From the NCBI GenBank assembly GCA_963821555.1, contig CAWGEM010000017.1, positions 79,873 to 143,872 of the forward strand: a stretch of DNA of 64,000 bases, written 5' to 3'. Of the stretch, positions 11,901 through 23,384 are shown piece after piece; the first letter of the stretch is position 1; every line of letters begins with the position of its first letter. Below the pieces are notes generated by a model. That model was not told where the DNA came from, made no database searches, and saw nothing but the letters and a program-made list of their open reading frames with translations. Source of the stretch: an uncultured Alphaproteobacteria bacterium. Its GTDB lineage: Bacteria > Pseudomonadota > Alphaproteobacteria > Rhizobiales > Xanthobacteraceae. A program made the translations under genes and the position numbers.

Positions 11901-13697
11901 ATGCACCGCTACCGCACTCATCAAGGCGGCTCCCTGCGTGAGAGCGACATCGGCCAGCAGGTTCGGCTGTCCGGCTGGGTCCACCGGGTTCGCGATCATG
12001 GCGGCGTGCTGTTCATCGACCTGCGCGACCACTATGGGCTGACCCAGGTGGTGGCCGACCCCGACAGCCCAGCGTTCAAGACCGCCGAAACGCTGCGCTC
12101 GGAGTGGGTGGTGCGGGTTGACGGCAAGGTCCGCCGCCGACCGGCAGGCACCGAGAATCCCGAACTGCCGACCGGCGCCGTCGAGGTATTCATCTCCGAG
12201 ATCGAGGTGCTGGGCCCTGCCGGCGAACTGCCGATGCCGGTGTTCGGCGACCAGGAGTACCCCGAGGAAATAAGGCTTAAGTATCGCTTCCTCGATCTGC
12301 GTCGCGACCGCCTGCACCGCAACGTCATGACGCGGGGCGCGGTCATCGACTCGATCCGCAGGCGGATGAAGGAGCAGGGCTTCTTCGAATTCCAGACGCC
12401 GATTCTGACCGCCTCGTCGCCCGAGGGCGCCCGCGACTACCTTGTGCCCTCGCGCATTCATCCTGGAAAGTTCTACGCGCTGCCGCAGGCGCCGCAGCAG
12501 TTCAAGCAGCTCATCATGGTGTCGGGCTTCGACCGCTACTTCCAGATCGCGCCGTGCTTTCGCGACGAGGATGCGCGCGCCGACCGTTCGCCCGGCGAGT
12601 TCTACCAGCTCGATCTCGAGATGAGCTTCGTCACGCAGCAGGACGTGTTCGATGCGGTCGAGCCGGTGATGCGCGGCGTGTTCGAAGAGTTCTCCGGCGG
12701 CAAGCCGGTGACGCAGAGGTTTCCGCTGATCCCTTACGCCGAAGCGCTACGGAAATACGGCAGCGACAAGCCTGATCTGCGTAATCCGATCGAGATGCAG
12801 AATGTCAGCGAGGCGTTCCGCGGCTCGGGCTTCAAGATTTTCGCCAACATGCTCGCAGGCGATCCCAAGGTTGAGGTCTGGGCGATCCCGGCGAAAGGTG
12901 GCGGCAACCGCGCCTTCTGCGACCGCATGAACGCCTGGGCGCAGCATGAGGGCCAGCCGGGGCTTGCCTATATTTTCTGGCGCGAGGGCGAGGAGGGCGG
13001 CGCGGGCCCGGTGGCGCGCAATCTTGGTCCGGAGCGCACCAAGCAGATCGCCGAGCAGCTCAAGCTCGGCATTGGCGACGCGGTATTCTTCATCGCCGGG
13101 CGGCCGGATCAGTTCGTCAAGTTCGCCGGTCCCGCGCGCACCAAGGTCGGCGAGGACCTTGGTCTGATCGCCAAGGACCGTTTCGATTTCTGCTGGATTG
13201 TCGACTTCCCCATGTTCGAATGGAACGAGGAGGAGAAGAAAATCGACTTTTCGCACAACCCATTCTCGATGCCGAACATGGCGGTCGACGAATTCCTCGC
13301 GCTCGATCCCAACGACCACGAGAAAATCCTCGGCATCAAGGCGATCCAGTACGACATCGTGTGCAACGGCGTCGAACTGTCGTCGGGCGCGATCCGCAAC
13401 CATCGCCCGGACGTGATGAAGAAGGCGTTCGCGATCGCGGGCTACCCGGAGGATGTGCTCGAGCAGAAGTTCGGCGGCATGCTGCGCGCGCTTTCGCTCG
13501 GCGCGCCGCCGCATGGCGGCATCGCGCCGGGCATCGACCGCATCGTGATGCTGCTCTGCGGCGAGGAGAACCTGCGCGAGGTGGTGCTGTTCCCGATGAA
13601 CCAGCGCGCCGAAGACTTGCTGATGGGCGCGCCGTCCGAAGTGACCCAGAAGCAGCTTCGCGAACTGCACATCCGGCTGGCGCTGCCGGACAAGTGA
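11901..13697 (+). CDS. aspS: Aspartate--tRNA(Asp/Asn) ligase, probably non-discriminating
   Basis: MHRYRTH, RDHGG (His typical of ND-AspRS), [30 protein letters not shown]. Confidence 0.97.
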   Translation: MHRYRTHQGGSLRESDIGQQVRLSGWVHRVRDHGGVLFIDLRDHYGLTQVVADPDSPAFKTAETLRSEWVVRVDGKVRRRPAGTENPELPTGAVEVFISEIEVLGPAGELPMPVFGDQEYPEEIRLKYRFLDLRRDRLHRNVMTRGAVIDSIRRRMKEQGFFEFQTPILTASSPEGARDYLVPSRIHPGKFYALPQAPQQFKQLIMVSGFDRYFQIAPCFRDEDARADRSPGEFYQLDLEMSFVTQQDVFDAVEPVMRGVFEEFSGGKPVTQRFPLIPYAEALRKYGSDKPDLRNPIEMQNVSEAFRGSGFKIFANMLAGDPKVEVWAIPAKGGGNRAFCDRMNAWAQHEGQPGLAYIFWREGEEGGAGPVARNLGPERTKQIAEQLKLGIGDAVFFIAGRPDQFVKFAGPARTKVGEDLGLIAKDRFDFCWIVDFPMFEWNEEEKKIDFSHNPFSMPNMAVDEFLALDPNDHEKILGIKAIQYDIVCNGVELSSGAIRNHRPDVMKKAFAIAGYPEDVLEQKFGGMLRALSLGAPPHGGIAPGIDRIVMLLCGEENLREVVLFPMNQRAEDLLMGAPSEVTQKQLRELHIRLALPDK

Positions 13698-13726
13698 TGG
13701 TGCCAGTTCGAACGAAGGAGGCGCCG

Positions 13727-14236
13727 TTGGAAACCACCCTGGTCACGCCATCGTTCGTGTGGACCATGGCGGCCTACAACGCCGAAATGAACCGCCGCAT
13801 CTACGGCGCCGCCGCGCGCATTCCCGACGCCGATCGCCGCAAGGATCGCGGCGCGTTCTGGGGCTCGCTGCACGGCACGCTGTGCCATCTTTTGTGGGGC
13901 GACCGGATGTGGATGTCGCGCTTCGACGGCTGGGCCAAGCTCGACGTGATTCAGAAGGACAGCGCGACGCTGGTCGCGGATTTCGACGAGCTGTGGCGAG
14001 AGCGCGTCGCGGCGGACGACAATATCTCCGACTGGGCCGGGCGCGTCACCGAGGACTGGCTCGCCGCAGATCAAGTCTGGTTCAGCGCCTCGGTGCAGCG
14101 CGAGCTGCGCCAGCCGCGCAGCCTCCTGGTGACGCATTTTTTCAATCACCAGACTCACCACCGCGGCCAGGCGCATGCGATCATCACCGCCTGTGGCGAG
14201 AAGACCGGCGACACCGACCTGTTCCTGGTGATCTGA
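13727..14236 (+). CDS. DinB family protein
   Basis: MAAYNAEMN, GAFWGSLHGTLCHL, HFFNHQTHHRGQ; TTG start after GGAGG. Confidence 0.88.
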   Translation: METTLVTPSFVWTMAAYNAEMNRRIYGAAARIPDADRRKDRGAFWGSLHGTLCHLLWGDRMWMSRFDGWAKLDVIQKDSATLVADFDELWRERVAADDNISDWAGRVTEDWLAADQVWFSASVQRELRQPRSLLVTHFFNHQTHHRGQAHAIITACGEKTGDTDLFLVI

Positions 14237-14262
14237 CGGCTACGGCGGGACGCAGCAGCCGG

Positions 14263-14997
14263 CTACGGCTGCTGTGGAGTTCCGGGGGCCGTTTGCGATG
14301 CCACCCTCGGCTGGCGTGTGGGGACAGGCTTCGGCTTGGCCGGTTCGCGGGCGTCGTTCTGCGACAGGTCTGGCGGCCACTCCCCGAGCCAGGTCGCGAG
14401 CGGAATGACCGGCGGCAGCTCTCCGAAGTCGACCAGGCTTGGATCGATCGCAAAATAGGCGCTGCTTCCGGTCTCCTGCAGCACGGCGGTGTTGCGCGGG
14501 CCGGTGACGGAGCTTGCGTTGGAAAGCTGCGCGACGCGATGGAAGCGCAACAATCGGCCTTTCTCCATCAATGTCATGTAGGTCCAGGTGTTGACGGCCT
14601 CGTCGATGCAGTCGAGCTGCGTCTTGTCGCTCACGTTGGGCAGAATGATCATGTCCTTGTGCGTCCACTGGTGAACGCCTGTGCCGGTCTGCGCGCCAAC
14701 GGCGCGGCGGATCACGGTCACGGCCTGCGCAATCTGTCGCCGCTCGGCGCGCGCATCCTTGGCCGGCGGCTTGAAAGCCGCGGCAACCTGCTGCCATTGC
14801 TTTGCGCTGAGCGATGCGCGCGACTGCTCGGCGCAGGCGAAGCCGTGGCATTCCCGAAAGGAGGCCAGCGTCGGATTGGATTCGGCGTGGAGGTCGAGGA
14901 ACGTCGTGCTCTGATTGGGGCCGGTTTGCATGCACGCGGACAGCGCCAGCGCCGCACCGAGCCAACCCAGGACACCGCAGACTTGCGCCCGAACCAC
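14263..14997 (-). CDS. Conserved hypothetical lipoprotein
   Basis: Lipobox LSAC; CHGFAC, QLDCIDEAVNT motifs. Confidence 0.65.
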   Translation of the reverse strand: MVRAQVCGVLGWLGAALALSACMQTGPNQSTTFLDLHAESNPTLASFRECHGFACAEQSRASLSAKQWQQVAAAFKPPAKDARAERRQIAQAVTVIRRAVGAQTGTGVHQWTHKDMIILPNVSDKTQLDCIDEAVNTWTYMTLMEKGRLLRFHRVAQLSNASSVTGPRNTAVLQETGSSAYFAIDPSLVDFGELPPVIPLATWLGEWPPDLSQNDAREPAKPKPVPTRQPRVASQTAPGTPQQP

Positions 14998-15183
14998 GTC
15001 CCATCCCCCGTCGCCTGGGAGCAAGACTAAAGCGGATATCCCAGCAATGGCAACGTTCTCTCGGCCCTTTCCAAAGCCAACGGGTATCTGGAGACCGTGG
15101 AGATTGGACGCCCAGCGCTTCGGTTCCACGCGTGCGGGAACTGGCAGCCCAAGCGCGCCCCGCGAGCAGCGGAACTCGGCGGA

Positions 15184-16107
15184 TCACTTCTCCGGCAGCG
15201 GGATGAACTCGATTTCGTCGCCCGGCACCTTGCCGAAATGGCCGGCGGCCCACTCGGCCTTGGCCTGGTCGATCCGCTCCTTGCGCGAGGAGACGAAGTT
15301 CCACCAGATGTGCCGCGGCCCATCGAGGGTCGCTCCGCCGCAGATCGCGAGATGCGTGTCGGTGACCGCGGTGACCGTGATGCGGTCGCCGGGCTTGAAC
15401 ACGAGCAGGCGGTCCGCGCCGAAGTGGTCGCCGGCGATGTCAATCTCGCCATCCAGCACGTAGATGGCGCGTTCTTCGTGATCGGCGTCGAGCGGCAGGG
15501 TCGAACCGGCCTTGAGTGTGGCGTCGGCGAATATGGTTTCGGAGGTGGTCGCAACAGGCGAGCGCGCGCCGTAGAGCGAGCCGACCACAACGCGCACGCT
15601 CTTGCCGTTGTCGCGCACCGTCGGAAACTGCTCGACGGCATAGTGGGCGAAGGCCGGCGCGATCTCCTCCTTTGCCGCGGGTAAGGCAACCCACATCTGC
15701 AGGCCATGCAGGTTGTCGCCGGTGGCGCGGCGTTCGGTGCCGGTGCGCTCGGAATGAACGATGCCGCGGCCCGCGGTCATCCAATTGACCTCGCCCGGAC
15801 GGATCGGCACGGCAGTGCCGAGGCTGTCGCGGTGCATGATCTCGCCGTTGAACAGGTAGGTGACGGTGGCAAGCCCGATATGCGGATGCGGGCGCACGTC
15901 AATGCCGGTGCCTGAGCGAAACACCACCGGGCCGAAATGGTCGAAGAATACGAACGGCCCGACCATGCGCGACTGCGCCGACGGCAGCGCGCGGCGGACG
16001 CTGAAGCCGTCGCCGAGGTCGGCGGTGCGCGGCACCACCACCTGCTTGAGCGCATCGCATTGAAATTTGTCGCCGGGGGCAGGGTCTTTGCCAGGGGCAA
16101 AACTCAT
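15184..16107 (-). CDS. Pirin family protein
   Basis: GPFVFFDH, HPHIGLATVTYLF, MTAGRGIVHSE, LQMWVALP. Confidence 0.94.
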   Translation of the reverse strand: MSFAPGKDPAPGDKFQCDALKQVVVPRTADLGDGFSVRRALPSAQSRMVGPFVFFDHFGPVVFRSGTGIDVRPHPHIGLATVTYLFNGEIMHRDSLGTAVPIRPGEVNWMTAGRGIVHSERTGTERRATGDNLHGLQMWVALPAAKEEIAPAFAHYAVEQFPTVRDNGKSVRVVVGSLYGARSPVATTSETIFADATLKAGSTLPLDADHEERAIYVLDGEIDIAGDHFGADRLLVFKPGDRITVTAVTDTHLAICGGATLDGPRHIWWNFVSSRKERIDQAKAEWAAGHFGKVPGDEIEFIPLPEK

Positions 16108-16170
16108 GACCGTCTCCTTCGTGTGTTCATGCTCGCGACCGGTCCCAGCGCCCATCCGATCGCAAATGCC

Positions 16171-16848
16171 TTACGCCAGCGTGACGAACTTCTGGCCTTT
16201 CACTGAATCGACAAGACCGTAGAACACCTCGTTCACCTTGGGCCAGCTTGGCAGCTTCTTCATGTTGTCGAGCCAGCGCTTGACGTTCGGATAAGGCGAA
16301 AAATCGACGCCGATGACCTCGCCGAGCGTCACGATTCCGCTCGCGAAGTAGTCGGCGATGGTGATGTCGTTGCCGCACAGATAGGGCTTGTTCGGCCCGA
16401 TCCAATGGTCGTTGAGCAGCTTCAGCCAGCGCTTGGCGTTCTCCTTGCCCATTTCGAGCGTGGCGGCCTGCGCATCCTCGCTTCTGCGCTTGAGGTGAGG
16501 GAAGAGCTGCGGATAGCAGAGGTTGTAGCCCCAGTCGCGATAGAAGTTGGTGTTGATCCAGTCCATCATCTCGTTGACCTTGGCGCGCTGCTTGAGGTCC
16601 TTCGGATAAGCGGGCGAGCCGACCTTGTCGGCGAGGTATTTCAGGATCGCCGAGCTTTCCGTGAGCTTGAGGTCGCCGTCCTCCAGCATTGGCACGAGGC
16701 AATTCGGATTGACGGTTGCATAGGGCGGCTGCAGGTGCGCGCCGGTCATCAGGTCGACCAGCTCCTCGTCCATGGCAATCTTGTTCTCGGCCGCAAACAG
16801 GCGTACGGGCCGGCTCGTCATCGAAACGGGGTGCATGTAGAGCTTCAT
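16171..16848 (-). CDS. Glutathione S-transferase
   Basis: NPNCLVPMLEDG, LTESSAILKYL, ITIADY. Confidence 0.92.
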   Translation of the reverse strand: MKLYMHPVSMTSRPVRLFAAENKIAMDEELVDLMTGAHLQPPYATVNPNCLVPMLEDGDLKLTESSAILKYLADKVGSPAYPKDLKQRAKVNEMMDWINTNFYRDWGYNLCYPQLFPHLKRRSEDAQAATLEMGKENAKRWLKLLNDHWIGPNKPYLCGNDITIADYFASGIVTLGEVIGVDFSPYPNVKRWLDNMKKLPSWPKVNEVFYGLVDSVKGQKFVTLA

Positions 16849-16966
16849 GTCCTGGCCTCTCCTGAGAATTCGGCTACGCGATCAATGCGGTGCAACGCAG
16901 GCTGCGCGCACGATATCTATGGGCGATTTTGCTCATCTTGTCCGGCCGCAGCCGACCCGATTATGC

Positions 16967-18082
16967 TCAGGGCGTCGACTTCAGACGCGGGATCAGCCGC
17001 AGCGCGGTCTCGCGTTCGATCGAACGCAGTTCGTCGGCATTGAAGCCATACGCTGCGATACCCTCGTTGACCTCGATCGCGCGGCGCAGCGGGAAATCGC
17101 TGCCGTAAAGCAACTGTGCGATCGGGACCATCTTGAGCAGCGCCGCGATCTGTCCCGCGGTGTGACCCTGCGCGACCTCGTAGTGAAACTTTCGCAGCTC
17201 CGGCAGCGGGCCGTCCGGCAGCCGCGGGTCCTTCTTCAGATTTTGCAGTTCGATCAGGCGGCCGGTCAGGAACGGCAGCGTGCCGCCGCTGTGCGAGAAG
17301 ATCCAGCGGATGTCGGGGAACTTGGTGGCCGTGCCGCTGAACACGATATGGGTGATGGTGCGGGTGGTGTCGGTCGCGAATTCCACCGTCGAGGGCCCGA
17401 TGCCCGGCAGAATGGCGCCGCAGCATGCCGGCGTGGTCGGATGGACATAGACCAGCGCCCTACGCCGGTTCAGCTCGGCGTAGACCGGCTCGAACGACGG
17501 ATCGCCGAGGTACTGCGTACCATAACTTGTCATCAAGCCGATGCCGTCCGCCTTGAGCGTGTCGAGCGCGTGCTCGATCTCCTTCAGACTGCCGTCGACA
17601 TCGGGTGGCGAGATCGCCGCGAACAGGCCGAAGCGGCCGGGGTGATCCCGCATCAGCTTCGCGCCATATTCGTTGCACTCGTGCGCAAGACTGCGCGACA
17701 GCGGCACGTCGTCGGCAAACCAGGTGGCGGGCTGCACCAGCGATAGGATGGCGGTCGCGATCCCGTTCTTGTCCATCTCGTCGAGCGACATCTGCGGCGA
17801 CCAGCGCGGCGGTCGGCCGCCGCTGCGCCGGACGGCCATGACATCGGCATGGAACGGCGGGATGAAATGGTGGTGGACGTCGACACGGGACTTTGCAGGC
17901 GATGCGGGCTGGGCGTTTGCGATCGGTGCGGCAGCGTACTGGCTCGCGTTTGCGGCCAGCGCGGCGATTCCGCCAGAGAGGACGCTCCTCCGCGAGATAT
18001 TGCCGACGATCGTGGTCGGTGCACAACAGGTACATCGAACCGACAGTCGGCGTGGGATTGTCACCGGACTCACCATCGTCAC
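16967..18082 (-). CDS. Amidohydrolase_2 family protein with Tat-like signal
   Basis: SRRSVL, DVHHH, VYVHP, SHSGGTLP, YGSDFP. Confidence 0.88.
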   Translation of the reverse strand: MTMVSPVTIPRRLSVRCTCCAPTTIVGNISRRSVLSGGIAALAANASQYAAAPIANAQPASPAKSRVDVHHHFIPPFHADVMAVRRSGGRPPRWSPQMSLDEMDKNGIATAILSLVQPATWFADDVPLSRSLAHECNEYGAKLMRDHPGRFGLFAAISPPDVDGSLKEIEHALDTLKADGIGLMTSYGTQYLGDPSFEPVYAELNRRRALVYVHPTTPACCGAILPGIGPSTVEFATDTTRTITHIVFSGTATKFPDIRWIFSHSGGTLPFLTGRLIELQNLKKDPRLPDGPLPELRKFHYEVAQGHTAGQIAALLKMVPIAQLLYGSDFPLRRAIEVNEGIAAYGFNADELRSIERETALRLIPRLKSTP

Positions 18083-18922
18083 TCCGCGGGGCGCGGGCCG
18101 AACAGCCGTACGGCGTTGCCGTATGCAATGCGGCGCGCCTGCTCAGCTGGAAGCTGCGCGAGCCAGCCGCGATAGGTCTGGAAGATGGAATCGTAGCTCG
18201 CCCATCGTTCGTTGATCCAGGTGTCCGAACCCAGCAGGAAGCGCTCCGAATGCCGCGCGAACAGTTTGCGCCAGTCGTCGCTCAGCCGGCCATTGGCGAT
18301 GCCGCTGCGATACGAGAGTTCGCCCCACAGCGTCGGGTATTTTTCCAGCAGTTCCTGTACGCGCGCCGGCGCCGTGATGAAGCCGGTGTGCGCCCAGATG
18401 ATTTTTGCGCCCGGATTGTGTGCAAATAGGTGGAGCAGCGCCGCCTCGTCGCAATGGGCGTGCAGATAGATATCGCGCTCGACCGCAAAATCGACGATCT
18501 GCTTGACCAGCGGTCCTGCTGCCGCCGAGCCGTAGATGTGAAATTCGCCGATGCCGCGATAGTAGCCGCGTTTGTATTCGTCCTTGATCAGTTCGAAAAT
18601 CGGGGGATCGGCGAACCAGGTCTGGATGTCGCTGCGTGCGCGATAGGGCCGGATGAAGGGGACGACCCAGAGGCCCGGTGTCTTGGCTTCTACGAGCTGG
18701 TGGGTGCCCTTGTTCGGGCGGCTGGTCGCAAGGATGACCGGTGACGCCGTTGCGGTGGAATACCTCGAGCACCTGCCCGAGCGAATAGTACGGATTGGGC
18801 TCCTGGTTGTAGTGCAGGTGCGCATCGAACAGCTCAAGCCGATCCTGCGCGACGGCGGATTGGCCGCCGCCCAGCACCGCAATGGCTACGGCAGCCGCCG
18901 TCAGTCCAACCGCTAACCGCAT
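18079..18922 (-). CDS. Secreted amidohydrolase/TatD-like protein, one frameshift near 18735
   Basis: N-part signal peptide + FDAHLHY (ORF 18143..18991 frame); C-part GIGEFH, HAH, WAHTG, LGSDTW (ORF 18079..18882 frame). Confidence 0.75.
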
Positions 18923-19087
18923 CGTCGTCCCCTGTCGCACCGACGTGTCGCCAGTGTAGCATCCGCGGGGGCAAGAGCGCGCGGCCGGCACCCGGTGCGG
19001 GGGCGGGCCACGGCATTCATTCGGTTTGAATATTTCGCGCCAACCTCATAAAGTTCGTTGCAGCGCACGAGCACAGGAGGGGGTTTC

Positions 19088-19402
19088 ATGAAAGGCACTA
19101 TCGCAGGCGTGGCCATGCTGGCGACGCTCGCCTCGTCTATTCCGCTGCAGCCCGCGGCCGCGCAGGACCCGCTCGGCGGCGCACTGCTCGGCGGCGCGGC
19201 CGGCGCGATCATCGGTGGAGCGGCAACCGGCCGGGCCGGCGGCGCGATCGTCGGCGGCATCATCGGGGCGGCCACCGGAGCCGCGATTGCCGACTCCATG
19301 GAACCGGCGCCCCGACGCGGCTACTATTGGTACCAGGACGCTTGCTGGCTGCGCCGCGGCGACGGCAGCTATGCGCGGGTGCGCGCACGCTATTGCGACT
19401 GA
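19088..19402 (+). CDS. Glycine-zipper secreted/membrane small protein
   Basis: Signal peptide, GGALLGGAAGAIIGGA repeats; RBS AGGAGG. Confidence 0.75.
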   Translation: MKGTIAGVAMLATLASSIPLQPAAAQDPLGGALLGGAAGAIIGGAATGRAGGAIVGGIIGAATGAAIADSMEPAPRRGYYWYQDACWLRRGDGSYARVRARYCD

Positions 19403-19420
19403 TATCAACCGCTATCGCCG

Positions 19421-19446
19421 AAGCGCCCTCCTCGTGGGGGCGCTTT
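19421..19446 (+). terminator. Probable intrinsic terminator
   Basis: AAGCGCCC...GGGCGCTT hairpin directly after the stop at 19402. Confidence 0.5.
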
Positions 19447-19521
19447 GCATTTCGAGGCACGTCGAGACTGCGAAATATGCTAGGGATGTAGTGCTTCGAT
19501 CCGCGGAGGGAGGAGGTGCCC

Positions 19522-19987
19522 ATGGAAATCGCCTATACGCTCGGTCGGATCTTGGTGCCGATCGTCTTCATCGTGATGGGGGTCCAGAAAATCCTGAACA
19601 TCGAGGGACTCGCGAGAACGCTGATTGCGAGCAACATTCCGATCCCGGCCGAGATCGAGAACTACCTTCAAGGGTTGTCGCGTTATGTCGGTGCTCGCCT
19701 ACATCATCGCGGGCCTCGAAATCCTGGCCGGCGTGATGATCCTGGTCGGGTTCAAGGCGCGTTGGGGCGCGGTGATCCTGATCGTCTACGGCGCCTGCAT
19801 GATTTTCTTCGTCCATCACTTCTGGAACATGGATGCCGCTACCGCAGCCATCCACCAGGCTCAGGCGCTGCTGCATCTTTCAGTGCTGGGCGGGCTTCTG
19901 TTGATCGTGTCCGGAGGCTCAGGCCCCGGCTCGCTCGACGGTCGGCGGGTTGCGCTAGCGGCGTTCCGATCGATTGCGCTGCCGTAA
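19522..19987 (+). CDS. DoxX family membrane protein, frameshift near 19680
   Basis: LGRILVPIVFIVMGVQKI in one frame, continuing EILAGVMILVGFKAR...HHFW in another. Confidence 0.8.
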
Positions 19988-20192
19988 AAATAGGGGCGAC
20001 CTTGCGACCGCCCCAGTTTGAGACGCCACGCGGGAGGAACCTCGCGAGTGGGTCGGCCACATGACGCTGCCGTGGGCCACGTAACTGAATTTATTGAGTT
20101 CAATTGTGGATAACATCTGATTCGCGCGAATTCGTCACGCGTTTTCCGAGAGCTAGAGATAATCCCCAGGGTGGGGCTTGCAGTGGATAAGT

Positions 20193-20762
20193 TCACCGCC
20201 AGGTGACCAGCGTAAGCTCCGCCGAGCGGTCCAGCACCTGCTCAGGTCCCGGTTTGAGGCCACGGCCCGTGAGCAGTGCCTCGGGCTCTGTTGCCGGCAC
20301 GCCCGGAAACACTGGCCGGCCTCCCGGCAAGCGCGCACCGGCAACCCGGCTGAGGTGGAAGGCGTCATAGCCGAGTTCGAGGAACAGACCGAAGACATTG
20401 GTGCCGCCGATCACGGCGAGAGTGCCTTCTGGCGCTCCCAGAGCGGTCCAGGCCTCTCGCAAGCTTGCGCCGGATGGATTCCACAACAGCGCCTTGTCGT
20501 TTCCGCCATCAGGCGCGAGCGCGGCCACGCGTCGTGTCAGAATGAGCCGTCGTCGGCGGGCGGCTGCGGGACCGCCCTCGGCGGAATGGCGGCCATTGGC
20601 AATCGCCGCTGCCCGGTCGAGCGCGTCGTAGAAAAAGCGCTGATCGGCTTCGACCTTCAACGCGTCGGGCTGCACACCCTGCGCATCCGCGATCATGCCA
20701 TCTGCGGACACGATCGCGAGCCCCTCGATCCGAAGACCTTCAATGGGATCACGCTGCGGCAT
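20193..20762 (-). CDS. Dihydrofolate-reductase/RibD C-terminal-fold protein
   Basis: AIVSADGMIAD, GRHS, VIGGTNVFGLFL. Confidence 0.7.
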   Translation of the reverse strand: MPQRDPIEGLRIEGLAIVSADGMIADAQGVQPDALKVEADQRFFYDALDRAAAIANGRHSAEGGPAAARRRRLILTRRVAALAPDGGNDKALLWNPSGASLREAWTALGAPEGTLAVIGGTNVFGLFLELGYDAFHLSRVAGARLPGGRPVFPGVPATEPEALLTGRGLKPGPEQVLDRSAELTLVTWR

Positions 20763-20845
20763 GTTTGGTCGCGACTAACTTCATTGTCCGAAACGCAAAG
20801 GGCGGCCGTGTCGGGCCGCCCCGTGCTGCATCGTGTCGACGACGA

Positions 20846-21802
20846 TCAATCGACCGTGCGCACGACACTCGACGTCGGCCGTTGACTGACCGTCGGGAGC
20901 TTCTGCTCTTTGCGCATTTCCTCGTCGTATTGCGGCAGCGTCACGACGGCGTTGCGCGCCTTCATGTGCACGATCTTGTAGCCGCCGGCCTTGAGCTGGG
21001 CCAGGATTTGCGGCACCGCATGCGCCGTCGCGCTGCTGGAAATCATGCATCAAAACAATGCCTTTGCCGTGTTTCTTGAGCCGGGTCATGATCGAGTTCA
21101 CGACCTGCTCGGGCTTGCGCATCTTGAAGTCGAACGAGTCCATGTCGGTCGAGAAGATCGCGATGTTGCGCTCGCCGAGATAGGTGACGAGCTCGGGCGG
21201 ATGACGCAGCGCCGGGAACCGGAAGAACGGCGCTTCCGCCTGATCCTCGAGCGCCCATTTGACCGCGCTCACGGCCTTTTCGATCTCGGCCTTGGCTTCG
21301 TCGACCGTCTTGCGCGACAGGTCGGCGTGCGACCAGGTGTGCGATCCGACGCTATGGCCGGCCGCGGCGACCTGCCGAAGGATTTCCGGATAGTAGGTGG
21401 CGTGCTTGCCGATCGCGAAGAACGTCGCCTTGACGCACTCGTCGGCGAGCGCCTTGAGCACGAGCGGCGTGGTCGGCCAAGGCCCGTCGTCGAAGGTCAG
21501 GACGACTTCGCCGTCGCGCAGGAAGTCGTGCATCTTGAAAGTGCTCGAAGCCGAAACCCGGTCCGCCGGCGGTATCGATCTCGACCGTCCGCGTCACACC
21601 GAGCGCGCTCGGATTGTTACACTTGGCTTGTGCGGCCGATGAGGCGGATGGCGCCGAAGCCTGGCTGGGAGGGCGCAACCGTCGGGACCGCGGCGAGGGG
21701 AGGTGGAGCCGATCCGGTCGTCGGGCCCCGTTGCGCCGCGGCCGGACTGATTGCCGCCAGCGACGCCGACATAAGCATCACGCACGCGACCGCACCACGC
21801 AT
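20846..21802 (-). CDS. Polysaccharide deacetylase (CE4/NodB), about three frameshifts
   Basis: LTFDDGP, HTWSH, FFRFP, IVLMHD spread over ORFs 21617..21802, 21352..21678, 20781..21533, 20846..21046. Confidence 0.82.
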
Positions 21803-21967
21803 GGAAACCTCCCAAATGGACAGAAGCGGGTACCCTGTCTCTAGGGCGCCTGTTCATGCATGACGATATTCCGGCCGCGAGTCAATTAAGGATAGCCGGC
21901 GCGTTCTGGCGGCGGCCGAATTAACCTTAGCCTATCGATAATTTGCCCCGGTCTCTAAACCGCTGCG

Positions 21968-22154
21968 TTAACGAACGAGGTAGCGCTCCGTGACCCGCAC
22001 CGCGAGCGCCCAGCCGATCCAGCACGGCGACGAACAAGGCCAGAAACACAAACAGGCTGGCGGAGTGGGAGAACGGCTCCACCATGGCGGAAATTCCTAC
22101 TGCGATCGCGTCGCCGAACACCACAAAGACCAGAAACACAAGGATGACGCTCAT
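21968..22154 (-). CDS. Small two-TM membrane protein, frameshift near 22020
   Basis: MSVILVFLVFVVFGDAIAVGI...SLFVFLALF, continuing WIGWALAVRVTERYLVR* in a shifted frame. Confidence 0.55.
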
Positions 22155-22325
22155 AAGGCTCCTTCCCGGGACGGACCTTCCCTGGATGCGGATGCGTCAC
22201 CCCTTAGAGCCAGCGCACGGGAAGTCGCTGCGGCTGACCAGTGGGCCAACTGTCGCTGTGCAAGGTGGACGGCAGTCCCAACCGGTCGCATCGCGGCATG
22301 ACCGGTCGACAGTTATTGCGCGAGG

Positions 22326-22890
22326 CTATTGCGGACGCAGTTCCTTTTCGATCGCCGCGATCACACGCGCGTCCATCGGCTCGATCTGCGTCGAGAACAC
22401 CGCGGCGATCCGGCCGTCGCGTCCGACCAAGTATTTGTGGAAATTCCAGCGCGGCGACTTCGCCGGGCCGCTCCAGCGCCGCCCACTTGAAGAATGGATG
22501 GGCGGCCGAGCCCTTGACCTCGGCCTTGGCGGCGAGCGGAAAGTCCACGCCATACTCGCCATGCGCGGTCCTGTTGATTTCGGCCGCACCGCCAGGCTCC
22601 TGGCCACCGAAGTCGTTCGACGGCACGCCGACGATGAGGAGGCCGCGCTCGCGGTAGCGCGCCCATAGCTGCTGCAGGCCGGTGTATTGCGGGGTGTAGC
22701 CGCATTGCGAGGCGGTGTTGACGATCAGGATCGGCTTGCCGGCATGTTCGGCCAGACGGATCGAGCCGCCGTCGAGGCCAGCGAAAGAGAAAGCATAGGC
22801 GGTCGGTCGGCTCATGGCGGGGGCCTGGGCGAAAGCGTCGGGAGCAAGGCTGCAGCCCAGCAACGCCAGAACGTGCCTGCGGTCAATCAT
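22326..22890 (-). CDS. Glutathione peroxidase with Tat-like signal, frameshift near 22460
   Basis: DRRHVL, VNTASQCGYTPQY, PSNDFGGQEPG, PRWNFHKYLV. Confidence 0.88.
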
Positions 22891-23114
22891 GGTCCGCCTC
22901 CTGTCGCCGCCGCCAAGTTTCCTTGGACCGGCATACGCGGCGCTGTCACGTTCGGATGCGCGGCGAGGTTCGTCACCCCCGCCCATCAACACCCGAGAGC
23001 CGGTCTATGCAAGGGACCGGATCGAGCGCAACGCAGATGTGAGTGGTGTTGGACACCTTCCCGCTGCGATGCCGCGCGCTATAGTGCGGCGCAGGTAGCC
23101 ACGGAGGATCAGCC

Positions 23115-23309
23115 ATGCCGGAAGTCGTCATTTATGCCCTCGGGGGCCGTTCGCAGGAGCAGAAGAAGGCGCTCTGCAAGGAGGTCACCGACGCGGTGGT
23201 GAAGAACTACAACGTCCCCGCCGATGCCGTCGTGGTCACGCTTGTCGAGTCGCAGAAGACCGACAAGGCCAAGGGCGGCGTGATGTTCAGCGAGATGTCG
23301 GCCCGATAA
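23115..23309 (+). CDS. 4-oxalocrotonate tautomerase family protein
   Basis: N-terminal Pro, GRSQEQKKAL, KGG; 64 aa. Confidence 0.88.
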   Translation: MPEVVIYALGGRSQEQKKALCKEVTDAVVKNYNVPADAVVVTLVESQKTDKAKGGVMFSEMSAR

Positions 23310-23384
23310 CAGGTCGTGCCGCGCCTTTCCGGCCGGGCCTGTGCCGGCGCTCCTGCGTCCATAGGTCCGGCCGTTGCGCTTCGG

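Noticed and set aside
21880-21945. TTAA-containing tract as a CtrA box
   Set aside because: Only half-sites; no TTAA-N7-TTAA spacing.
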